A DNA stretch of 63,161 nucleotides, filler included, from Craspedostauros australis (taxonomy: Eukaryota): NCBI GenBank assembly GCA_030167865.1. It is 10 parts of 10 records of this genome, joined end to end, with 100 filler letters (N's around TTAATTAATTAA, not from the genome) between each part and the next. Parts side by side here need not be neighbours in the genome. Positions count along the whole stretch, not along the records: positions 22,490 to 40,046 come from JALAGF010005231.1; positions 40,147 to 45,342 come from JALAGF010005236.1; positions 45,443 to 49,465 come from JALAGF010005238.1; 7 more parts are not named here. One strand, 5' to 3'. Under the pieces are notes generated by a model. The model saw nothing but the letters and a program-made list of their open reading frames with translations, searched no databases and was not told the origin of the DNA. How positions within the stretch are numbered: position 1 is the stretch's first letter; each line of letters starts with the position of its first letter. The position numbers were made by a program, and so were the translations under genes. Of the stretch, positions 34,970 to 45,524 are shown in pieces.

Positions 34970-37220
34970 ATATGACCCCGTTCAGGGTTCGCACGTACTC
35001 ACTTGCGGATTTTTGAGATAAGCACTTCGATCATCCTATTTTGTTGTAGAGAGTATATGTGTAAAGTAACAAGCTCCTGGGCCCCGTAGTTAAAAGTTTA
35101 TATTTTTCGCACCAATCTACGACTAGTGGCTATTGGCTAATTTCTGTTTTTTTGGTAATTATTGGTAACCATTGGCATATCGCCGACGGCACAAGCTGCC
35201 ATTTGATGAGTTGATGCCCGTTGCCTGACATCTTTACATTATTAGAAAGAGGAGAGTGAGAGCTNTCTGTTGATGTNTTCATTGTTGGCAAACGGTCTCC
35301 GCTTCATGTTCATCTCGATGCCTCTTTTTACCCTTTATCGGCCTTTTTCATACGGACGACGTACGGACATGATTTCGGAATTTTTTCGTTGGTAACCATT
35401 GGTAACCACGTAGAGTCTACGACGTTCAGGTACAGAAATTTGTTGCTTCTTCGTCCAACAGCGACCAACTGTCTTCCAAAGACCCGCATCCAATTCTGTT
35501 TCGTCTATTACTCAAGTGGATGGCATGGCTGAATTCGTCGCTTCATTCTGCTTCGGGTGGTGTGTTGGTCAGCGGTCCAGGATGCCTTTGTGTGTTGCTT
35601 TGGGTGTTTGAAGTTAGTCACTAATGCTCGTGACAGCCATGATCATCAATCCGTGAACGCNNNNNNNNNNNNNNNNNNNNNNNNNNNNNNNNNNNNNNNN
35701 NNNNNNNNNNNNNNNNNNNTTGTTCGCAGGAGTCTCTTTACTTTATGCAAGGTTGTGCATCGCCCTGACGTCGGATCATCGTTCCGTTGCTTTCAGGTGA
35801 CGCAGAATCCTCTTTTGCACCTGCCCATGTAGCCTTGGTCTTCGAATCTCACTTCCTCCAAAGATATATCAGTTGCAAGTTTTTCGTCACTTTTATCGTG
35901 TACTATCCTCGCGAGGAAACATCGCTTCCTGATCAGGCACCAAAACTGTCTTCATTGACACCGGTTGCTACACTCATGCGATGGGCAGGGTCGTTGACGC
36001 AGTCGCTGTTCGTGCTCTATCAAACCGCGTTCGAACCGTTCTGTGCAGGTAGCCTGATGTTCTATACGATCTCCAGCGCAACTATGGCCAATCGAACACC
36101 GGCCTCTACATTGCGCAGGTGACACATGCTAAAATGCGCGCACATGGCGCGGAAATTTTGCGCGGCGCAGTTGCACATGCTCAGCGATGCGGAAGATCCA
36201 AAGAAGAGCGGTGAGAGCATGGCAAGGTGGAACTCCTCAGTGTGAAACAGTCGACTCTGCTCTATTTTGGACTGCTATTGTGTGCTGCTGCTAACCAAGG
36301 GATCATTGCTCTCCNAAGCAGGATTGATGCAACAATACACATGCATCCAAGTTGTTGTTGCCAAGACTGTTGCTGGTGTACAGTATTCTGGAGTATAACT
36401 GAAACGATATTGTAGAAAGCATCAACCATATCATCAACCACAATGCAATACGATGAGCGAAGCCACAATGGATGATATCAGGATGTAAGGAACTGATCAT
36501 GGCATGTGAGGAACACATGGGTTGGTATCACATTGTTTTGTGATCATTTCCACCGCGTGTTAACATGCGGTGGGGTACACAAAATTCGCCACGATACATC
36601 GCGGTGATTGGCATTCGTGAATGACAATATGGAGTGGTGGCCCCAGAGAAACGAGTAGATCTCGACAACTACCCATCCAATCGCCGCCAAACTTGGAGAG
36701 GGTGATTAAAAGCCACATATGCGAATGCTCACAAAAGGAGAGCTCAAACAAATGGAGCGGCATGAACTTGCCGAGGAGGTTTGTGGCAGAAAAGGTGTTT
36801 TTTGGNNNNNNNNNNGTGGGACTGACGTACAAAATGTACCAGCGTCTACGGCGAAATTGACTCATACGACTAGTTACCAATTGTTACCAATGGTTACCAA
36901 AAAAATTGGCCTCCACCCAAGCCAAAAGACACTAGAAACGTCAAGCATGCGGACGTAGAGGGGCAAGTGTGGTTCGGAATCGCCAGTCGTGCTTCGGCTT
37001 GCTGTCCAGTCGTGTCTATTATCGACGCTCCCACATTTAGCGTGGGTGAGGTGGTCGGTTTCGATGAAATGGTGAGGATTGCATGGTAGCGGTTGGCATG
37101 ATGAGGCTGCTACTTCGTCTGGACCGTGGATCAGTGGTCGAAATCTAGAGTTTTGGGTTGGTGGGTGATCCAGATCTTGACCCCCAGCTTGACTTTCCCA
37201 CTGTCTTGTTCTCGGTTCTG
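34970..37220 (-). repeat. Right copy of the inverted repeat, split by an insertion (34970-35126 and 36932-37220)
   Basis: Removing 35127-36931 and one CTAG restores colinearity with the reverse complement of 22795-23236. Confidence 0.85.
35127..36931. mobile_element. Non-autonomous DNA transposon with TG..CA ends and 4-bp CTAG target-site duplication
   Basis: CTAG at 35123-35126 and 36932-36935. Imperfect TIR: TGGCTATTGGCT versus the reverse-complemented right end TGTCTTTTGGCT. Subterminal inverted TTGGTAACCATTGG motifs. No transposase ORF seen. Confidence 0.8.
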
Positions 37221-37602
37221 CCGCTGTTCATGCACTGGGACGTTGAGCTTCGTCCTCACCCCAATCAGTACACACTGCCTTCCTTCCATATGTCTACTCA
37301 TTATTGCGGCCTCGTCCTCGATTCAGGTCTATTCCCTGCCTGTGTGTTTGGACCTCCTCTCTGCTAGTCCTCGCCAACAGCCATTGTTGGCTTCTGGCCG
37401 TTGTTCATCTGCTCTCCTCTTGGCTTTATATTTCGGTGTCAATTGCCAAACTGCACAAGTAGCTACTGAAGACGTATTGGCCCATTGTTGTGTGTCCTGG
37501 TTGGAGCTCTTGTGATTTATTATGAGTCATCCTAGGACGATGTCCAACCAGTATTTTTGATTAATACGATTAGTAAAAAGGTAAGATGTACAGTGAAAGC
37601 TG

Positions 37603-38600
37603 TCATGCCCCTTGATCTTGAGGATGACCCCTGTAGAACAGAGCTGTGACGAAAGTGGTTAGTGTTGGCCGCACCAATGCCTTTGTGAGCATATCCGCGA
37701 AGTTCTGTGCCAATGAAACAAAAACTGGGACCAGTATGTCGGCTCCCACAGACTCACGCACTTTGTGCTTTTGTAGCAGGCTGTCTGCAATCATCTTGTT
37801 CGAGATCACAGCATTGTTGTCACAGAATGTGATAGCCAAAGACTTGACTTGGACTCCCAGCGATTGGAATGCGTATCTGAGTGCAATAATCTCCTCGGTC
37901 ACTGATCTCATTGCATTGAATTCCGTGCCATGTGTAGATGTTGTGATGGATGTTTGTTGCTTGCTGGAGAAGTGTACTGGCGTCCTACCCAGGAATAGTA
38001 TGATGCCCATGTTGGATCTCCTGGTGACCAGATTGTGGGCGTGATCTGCATCTATGAATGCGTACATTGGTAGCTCTGGGTAGATTGGCTTTGGTGATCT
38101 GTCATCGATGTCTTCCATGGCCTCGGGATATTCCTCCTTCATCTGTGCTACCAGTTCTGGGTTTGATGGTGTTGTGTTGAAGTTGTCGAATTTCATTGGC
38201 CTGGAATCGATCTGTGTTCGCAGAGTGGACTTGTGCTTGAGATAGCCCCATACTTTGAGTGCGCATTCAAGATGTCCTTTCCGTGGTGATGCAGTGAAGT
38301 GTGAAAGTGAGGAAGTTGCAAATGTGACGTCGAAACGTCCAAGCTGGACAGCTCAGTTCAGCATGCCAATGAGCTGCTGGATTTTTTGTTGCTTGCCAGG
38401 TGTTAGTAGTTTGGAGTCATCTGTTTCCGGATGGTCCTTGGTCCTCATGGGAACATGTTGGCTGTGAAGTGATCCATGCTGGCACTTGCCTTTGTCCAGT
38501 GCATTTGAGATGTATTTGCTGCATCCAGCGCTCCATTTGCCTTTTGCATTTCTGGAATAGTCATTCCTGAGAGTTGAGATTCAATGAGGGACAGACTATT
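37603..38600 (-). mobile_element. Decayed diatom CoDi-type copia RT/RNase H fragment
   Basis: YAFIDADHAHNLVTRRSNMGIILFLGRTPV..SSKQQ...TSTHGTEF, FCDNNAV, NFADMLTKAL. The upstream RT part is broken by stops and frameshifts; the right limit is approximate. Confidence 0.9.
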
Positions 38601-39395
38601 ACCGGATACGGTATCAACCAGATGGGAGAAATTCTTGTTTTGGCGCGAAATCTTCCGACTTGATCGACCACCAAANNNNNNNNNNNNNNNNNCTCTCCTC
38701 CATTCACGAATCCATCATGACTCAAACATGACCGACCTGACTCACAATTCACCTTGGGAACTATATGCTCCTCAGATCCTTTTACTACAACATACCTCGA
38801 TTCCTTCCATGCTGATGACTACTGCACCACTGCCGTAGTCTTAACGCGTGTATCCAACCTGCTTCAACTCAAGCAATGGAATCCGAGAGNNNNNNNNNNN
38901 NNNNNNNNNNNNNNNNNNNNNNNNNNNNNNNNNNNNNNNCCGTAGTCTTAACGCGTGTATCCAACCTGCTTCAACTCAAGCAATGGAATCCGAGAGCCAG
39001 CTCCAACCACAGCCACTGCTTCACGGTCGTCACTGCCATGTGCCATGATCTACACTGCAGTGTATCTACGTGTGTGGAGAGCAAGGCGCTGTAATGACTG
39101 TATACCCTGTAGCACTGAATCAAGTGCACCAGTGCAGGGTCTCGCCAAGTTGTGTGACATCGTTTCTTCACCCTATTAACACCACAAGCTAACTCATAAT
39201 AAACACAGACAAGGATTAGCTACAAAGCACTCATCTACTCATCGTTACAGTAACAACTCTTCAATCAGTACACCTCTCTTGAACTGCATCACACGGCTAT
39301 CCCGAAGCTGGCAGATTCAAGAGACATCCTCCACCGATTCGCGCCGACTACGCTCGAATCCTAACTCTGAGATAGTATTTGGGTGGGCCAATGTC

Positions 39396-40046
39396 TGTTG
39401 GCAAGTTCCACTCACGGAAGCCTACAATCGTGGAAGACGGTGTTGTTGATAGTTGGTCTGTTTGCTATTTCATTACGTTGAGACTCCAATCCTCTTGGTG
39501 TTCATTCTCTTGCCCAATGCTCTTGGCACATTTGTCTATCTTGTGGATTGGGTTGTCCAACTATGAGTTGGTACGTGAGATGCTCTCTTGCTGTTATTTG
39601 TATTCTCTCTCTCTCTCTCTCTCTCTCGATATCGTGTACTTGCGCTACACGATACTTTGCGTTCGATGCATACTCTGCATTCGACACTCCGTTTGTTCAT
39701 TACTGGTTCCTACTCCATGAGTACTTACCATTGAACTTCACCTCCTGTATGTTGGCAAGTTCCGCTCACGGTAACCTACGAACGTGGAAGATGGTGTTGG
39801 TTGATAGTCGTCTGTTTGCTATTTCATTACGTTGGCACTCCGATACTCTCGGTGTCCGTTCGTTCTCTTGCCCGATGCTCTTGGCGCTTCAATCTGTTTC
39901 GTAGATTCAGTCTCCGACTATGAGTCGGTATGCAAGATCCTCTCCCGCTCCTCTCTGTATTCTCTCTCTCTCTCTCTCAACATCGTGTGTTCGTGCTACA
40001 CGATACTCCATGTTCGATGCGTACTCCGCATCCGACACTCTGTTCA
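39396..40046 (-). mobile_element. Two nested family-L1 LTR 3' ends (starting at 39396 and 39750)
   Basis: TGTTGGCAAGTTCC occurs twice, each followed by sequence matching 16429 onward. Confidence 0.88.
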
Positions 40047-40146
40047 NNNNNNNNNNNNNNNNNNNNNNNNNNNNNNNNNNNNNNNNNNNNTTAATTAATT
40101 AANNNNNNNNNNNNNNNNNNNNNNNNNNNNNNNNNNNNNNNNNNNN

Positions 40147-42762
40147 CATGACCACCATCTACACTCAAGACCATCGCGAGTAATGGTCCCCTGTGTGAAG
40201 AGAGAGGAGAGCAAGCCGCTCTGGAGCATGGTGCTCCTTGCCAACAGACCGCCATGGCAACCCACACACACGAACGACGACGTCGAGATGATGATGATCG
40301 AGTCGAGCACCACCGCGAGTCCACCAGCAGAGTGGAGACCGCAGCTGANNNNNNNNNNNNNNNNNNNNNNNNNNNNNNNNNNNNNNNNNNNNNNNNNNCC
40401 AGCAGAGTGGAGACCGCAGCTGAGGTAAGCACAAGCACTGCATGTACTGCTGGAAGCAAGGAGGCGCTCGACACATGCATTGGAAGAACTGTCCATGGTC
40501 ATGCGACCATGAAGTCAAGGGAGGCACATGGAGACCTTCACGGCTATGTTGGAGCACGAGAGCAAGCTGCGCAAGAGAAGAGATTTGAATGCAGCAGGCG
40601 ACGCTCTTGGACGCATCAGACTCAGCAGACTGCGCCATGAAGGCGAGATAGCTGATGGAGCTCAATGAGATGCAATCGAGGAAGCGGTGAGAGCTTCCTA
40701 CCTACCCCTGCAAGGCGCGGAGCTGCCTCGGAACCACTCGGTCGACATCGAAGCCGAGATGGATGAGGAGCAACGTAGATCGCTGATGCGGATTGTCCGT
40801 GCACATGGCATGTGCGACTCATCGAGCTTAAGCATGCAGGAAGGAAGGATATGATAAAGAACAAATAAGATATATGCAGGCATGGGCATGGCCCATCGTT
40901 GTTATCACATCAAGTGTGATGCGAGGAGCAGCAATGGAAAGCATCGAGATGATCACATGGCATCGATTGTCATCGTGTGATACAGAGCTCAAGTGCTGGC
41001 TGCAATTCCTACTGTGATATGATCAAGGAGGTAAGGATGTAACCTACCAGCCATGAATTGGCGACAACAATAAAAGTAGCAACACAGGAAGTGTGTGCTT
41101 CGGTGAGAAGGGACATCGCTGCGACAAGCTGGACAGGAGGTCCCACAGCGCTTCATTCCCAAGCTCAAGACGAAAGACGAGGAACAGGAGGTATCCTTGC
41201 CATCAATGAAGATGACGATTCGGAACATCCGTGCAGCTATGAGCCTCATCTACGATCGCCACCGTATCCAAAACGGTTATAAGCGCGCACAAGGCAACAG
41301 CAGCGAGAGAGAGATGATACTGACTACGGATCGATCGGTTCGGGAGTAACAGTCCTAACCGCGATGTCCACGACAGTGAGATGACGGATCAACGCTTGCC
41401 ATCAACGAAAGGCAAAGGCAAGAATAGCGGTGATGCCAAGAGGCAGAGCAACCGCGATGACAAACAAAGACCGAGTCAAACAATGTCACGACCGACGGGA
41501 TGGATGGGATGAATGACACGAGTCTCATCGCAATAGACGAGCCGATGTGCGTGATCATCAACGAAGACGCGGTCGACACCAAAAATATGACCGAGGCGAA
41601 ATTTGTGACAATCGCCGACATCGCGAACAGCAAAACAAAAATGTGACCATTGGAAACTACGCGATGATGTGCGACGACCACGCGATCTTGATCAACGTTG
41701 CTCTCGCAACAATCGACAACGACGGCGTCTCCGAGTTCAACAGCAGAACACCAGTCAACGACTACGAGTGGACCAGGGAGGAGACAGCCGAGTACACTTC
41801 GGGAGTGCATGGCTACTACGGGTCTGCGAACGACCACGAGGAGTTGATCGACCAAGAACTCTTTCCATCTGAGGATGAAGAGGAAGACGGCAACAACAAC
41901 AAGGAGGATGCCAAGTACTGTGAAGGTGTATCAAGTAAAGTGGGCGCAGACGAGAACGAAACGGAAATGAATGGAATGGACGTGAACGAGGAGACTGACC
42001 GAGCTATCCAAGAGCCGGTACAACATCTCACTACAATTCGGAGCTTCCTCGACAGGAAGATCGATGAGGCGTTGCACTGGGACATGAATAATGCAAATGG
42101 CGTCCGTCACTTTAAGCACGAACCATTGAATGCATAGTGCATGGACTGCCAAGAGATCCCATTCTCTATTCAGATTCCGGATGGCCTAAGAGGAGCGATC
42201 CCATGGACCAAAGCGGAAAGGGAGGAGTGCAGCGGACTGCTCATGGACGCAGATCCAGTCTGCCTCTCGGTTCGATATCCGTTGAGCAACATGATGGTTG
42301 CCAACGATGTGCACTTCGAGTCCTCGACGATCTACTATGATGCGATCGATGACTTCGAAAGTTGACCGTGCAGGTGCGTGTACACACGCGCATTGCACTA
42401 GATGATGCATGAGATTGGCACGCGGAGCACACTCGATGTGGCTAGCAATGCGTACGCAATCAACGATATGCTGAAAAACAATAGCGCCACCCTGATCCAA
42501 CAGATGCTGATTGGATACATGGGTCGCACGCAAGCGGTATGCACCGCATGATGAATCTGGCAACGACCAGAATCCTAATCATGAGAGACATGACATGGAT
42601 GGATCAGTCAAATGGGTGATTCGAGAGTATTAAGAACGCCAACAGGTCAGTACTGATAGACCTGGGAAATGACAACTCTACATCGGGGACGGTTTCCCCA
42701 AATAGATGAGTGACTTGGGAGCGACGAACGGATACCATCCAAAGCATGGAGACCGACGACGC
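40147..42762 (+). mobile_element. Heavily decayed copia-like element related to the 18684-21172 element
   Basis: HGYYGSANDHEELIDQELFPSEDE versus GHYGPPPVAAERINRELFPSDNE; MDCQEIPFSIQIPDG..PWTKAEREEC versus VDCPAMPFLIDLPDG..PTTHEERDRC. Support is strongest for 41500-42560. Confidence 0.65.
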
Positions 42763-42798
42763 TGAGGGTTAGGGTTTAAATAAAGCCTAAGCTGAATT

Positions 42799-43245
42799 AT
42801 GCTAGTGCTATGGTTTGGCTAAACACAACTTGCTGTTTTGAGTCATATCACACCTAAATAGACCATAACCTAATTCATGCTAGTGCTATGGTTTGGCAAA
42901 AACACAACTCGCTGTTATGAGTCATATCAAAAGGAAATAAACCATAACCTAATGAATGCTAGTGCTATGGTTTGGCAAAACACAACTCGCTGATATGAGT
43001 CATATCACGATGAAATAAACTATAACCTGATTAATGCTAGTGCTATGGTTTGGCAAAACGCAACTCGCTGTTATGAGTCATTCCACAATGAAATAAACCA
43101 TAACCTGATTAATGGTAGTGTGAGTATTTGGCTAAACACAACTCGCTGTTTTGAGTCATATCACAATTAAATAAACTATAACCTAATTAATGCTAGTGTA
43201 AGTGTTTGGCTGAACACACCTCGCTGTTTTGAGACGTACCACAAT
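42799..43245. repeat. 78-bp subtelomeric tandem repeat, about 5.7 copies
   Basis: Units start at 42799, 42877, 42956, 43034, 43112 and 43190 (ATGCTAGTGCTATGGTTTGGC...). Confidence 0.95.
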
Positions 43246-43742
43246 ATGGTGAATACTCAACATGCGGTGACATTCGTGTATCCAGATGTCAGTTTCGCCA
43301 TTCGTAGCTGTCAGAAGGATGTTTAATGCGTCAATCGTGGTCTGTGTATCACATTGATTGTAGTAGCTATTTTGTCGTGGTCGGAGTGGGCAGGTGTGCG
43401 TGCTCTAGATGTTGTGAGTGTCTGTTGTAGTCTGTGTGTGTATTGCCTGTGTATAGTAGCTGATTGTAGTAGCTGATTGTAGTGGCTAAATGAAGTGGCT
43501 AATTGTAGTGGCTATCTGCAGCAATCTGTGTATGAACTGGTTGTTAATGGTGGATGCAGTGCATGTTTGCACCAAGGTGTGGTCCTAAATGATTGTAGTG
43601 GCTGCAATGCGTACTGTGAGTGAACGTGAGTGGAACCAATGTGACCGTGCTTGAGACTGACACCATGACTATCGTTGTGGCTGTAGTGGCGACAAGTGCC
43701 ATAGTGAAGTTATACATTGTCAAGCATTGTCATGCATTGTCA

Positions 43743-44530
43743 TGTGTGTGTGTGTGAGCACGTGGATGTGTGAGTATCACAGTTGATGGTGTTGTTCCCC
43801 CTCCTCCCCCACAAGTCAGCCATTTCATGGGACTTGTGCCATCCTCCAGTAGTTGGAATGGTGTTGACAGATAGTTCATTTGGTGTTGACAGATAGTTCA
43901 TTTGATGTCGACTGTTGCATCACGGTCTCACGTGTTGTTGTGTGTTGTGGCTGGTTGTACGGTGTGGCACTGTGTGTGTGTGTGTGTGTGTGTNNNNNNN
44001 NNNNNNNNNNNNNNNNNNNNNNNNNNNNNNNNNNNNNNNNNNNNNNNNNNNNNNNNNNNNNNNNNNNNNNNNNNNNNNNNNNNNNNNNNNNNNNNNNNNN
44101 NNNNNNNNNNNNNNNNNNNNNNNNNNNNNNNNNNNNNNNNNNNNNNNNNNNNNNNNNNNNNNNNNNNNNNNNNNNNNNNNNNNNNNNNNNNNNNNNNNNN
44201 NNNNNNNNNNNNNNNNNNNNNNNNNNNNNNNNNNNNNNNNNNTGATGTTGACTGTTGCATCACGGTCTCACGTGTTGTTGTGTGTTGTGGCTGGTTGTAC
44301 GGTGTGGCACTGTGTGTGTGTGTGTGAGCACGTGGATGTGTGAGTATCACAGTTGATGGTGTTGTTCCCCCTCCTCCCCCACAAGTCAGCCATTTCATGG
44401 GACTTGTGCCATCCTCCTGTAGTTGGAATGGTGTTGACAGATAGTTCATTTGATGTTGACAATAGTTCATTTGATGTTGACAATGTTCATCTGCCATTGA
44501 CCATGTTCATCTGCCATTGACAATGTTCAT
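43743..44530. repeat. About 250-bp subtelomeric repeat with (TG)n and short internal 20-22-bp repeats, spanning an N gap
   Basis: 43745-43880 recurs at 44315-44450, and 43902-43980 recurs at 44243-44325. Confidence 0.8.
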
Positions 44531-44904
44531 CTCACATTAACACGGTTGCACGTGTTATCACATGTTGCTTGTGGTGTACTCATGCATCACTATCTCCATC
44601 ACCACGTTGATTGAGAGTGTGGTTCTTGTTGTCACATGTGCGTATGATCATGGTGAACATGTGTGTGTACTTCCACGTTCATGACACTGTGTATTGCAAG
44701 TACTGGTTGATGTTGAGTACTTTGATCATCAATATCTCACCTTGTAGAGGTCCGTTGCAGATGGTAGAGGTGTTGACGTGTAGGTATGTACACGCTGCTT
44801 GTGTGTAAACACACAGATGTACGTGAACATGCGTTCATCATGGTGTAGCGTGGTGTACATGTTTAACACGGTGTATCGCGTGGCTCGTAGTATCTCGTGT
44901 TGTT

Positions 44905-45200
44905 TGGGAGTTGCGGATGATGAACATTCGTCCGCACTTTCGGGGAGTTGCGGATCATCGACATTTTCCATACATTTACGTCTGCACGTCGACCGTACGT
45001 GTATGTGTGCCCATACAAACGTCTGTACGTCGACCGTCAATCGACCCAAGCATCGGTCAGACCGTCGTACGTGGAGTTGCGGAACATGAACATTTTCCAC
45101 ACAAAAGCGTCCGTCCTTCGACCGTGTGTACTGCGTGCCCATACAAACGTCTGTATGTCGTGCGTCAATCGACCCAAACTTCGGTCTGGCCATCGTACGT
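44905..45200. repeat. Diverged about 135-bp duplication proximal to the telomere
   Basis: GGAGTTGCGGA occurs three times; GTGCCCATACAAACGTCTGTA and CGTCAATCGACCCAA occur twice each. Confidence 0.75.
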
Positions 45201-45260
45201 CACCGTGTTAAATCCTCGTACATTAGGGCTTGATTAGTTGCACCTGCGGACCCGCTAATG

Positions 45261-45342
45261 AGGGTTAGGGTTAGGGTTAGGGTTAGGGTTAGGGTTAGGG
45301 TTAGGGTTAGGGTTAGGGTTAGGGTTAGGGTTAGGGTTAGGG
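45261..45342 (+). repeat. Telomeric repeat (TTAGGG)13 at contig end
   Basis: Perfect TTAGGG array with the G-rich strand running toward the contig end. Confidence 0.97.
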
Positions 45343-45524
45343 NNNNNNNNNNNNNNNNNNNNNNNNNNNNNNNNNNNNNNNNNNNNTTAATTAATTAANN
45401 NNNNNNNNNNNNNNNNNNNNNNNNNNNNNNNNNNNNNNNNNNCTCACCAACCTACTGCACTACCACGGATTGATCACCCTTCGGCGTACAGTAAGTTACC
45501 CTCGTTTTCATTATCGTTCTATCA

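Noticed and set aside
38830..39000. Direct duplications flanking 50-N gaps (also 1-201/358-505, 40320/40399, 48808/48940, 53897/54011, 58284/58747, 60612/61033)
   Set aside because: The systematic association with fixed-size gaps points to scaffolding or haplotype-merge artefacts rather than real tandem duplications.
39090..39310. Possible short TGT..ACA LTR followed by a PBS-like sequence
   Set aside because: There is no second copy, TSD or associated ORF in the window to support it.
42799..43245. Regularly spaced repeats resembling a CRISPR array or tRNA cluster
   Set aside because: The whole 78-bp unit is repeated with no unique spacers, there are no cas genes, and no tRNA D- or T-loop consensus is present.
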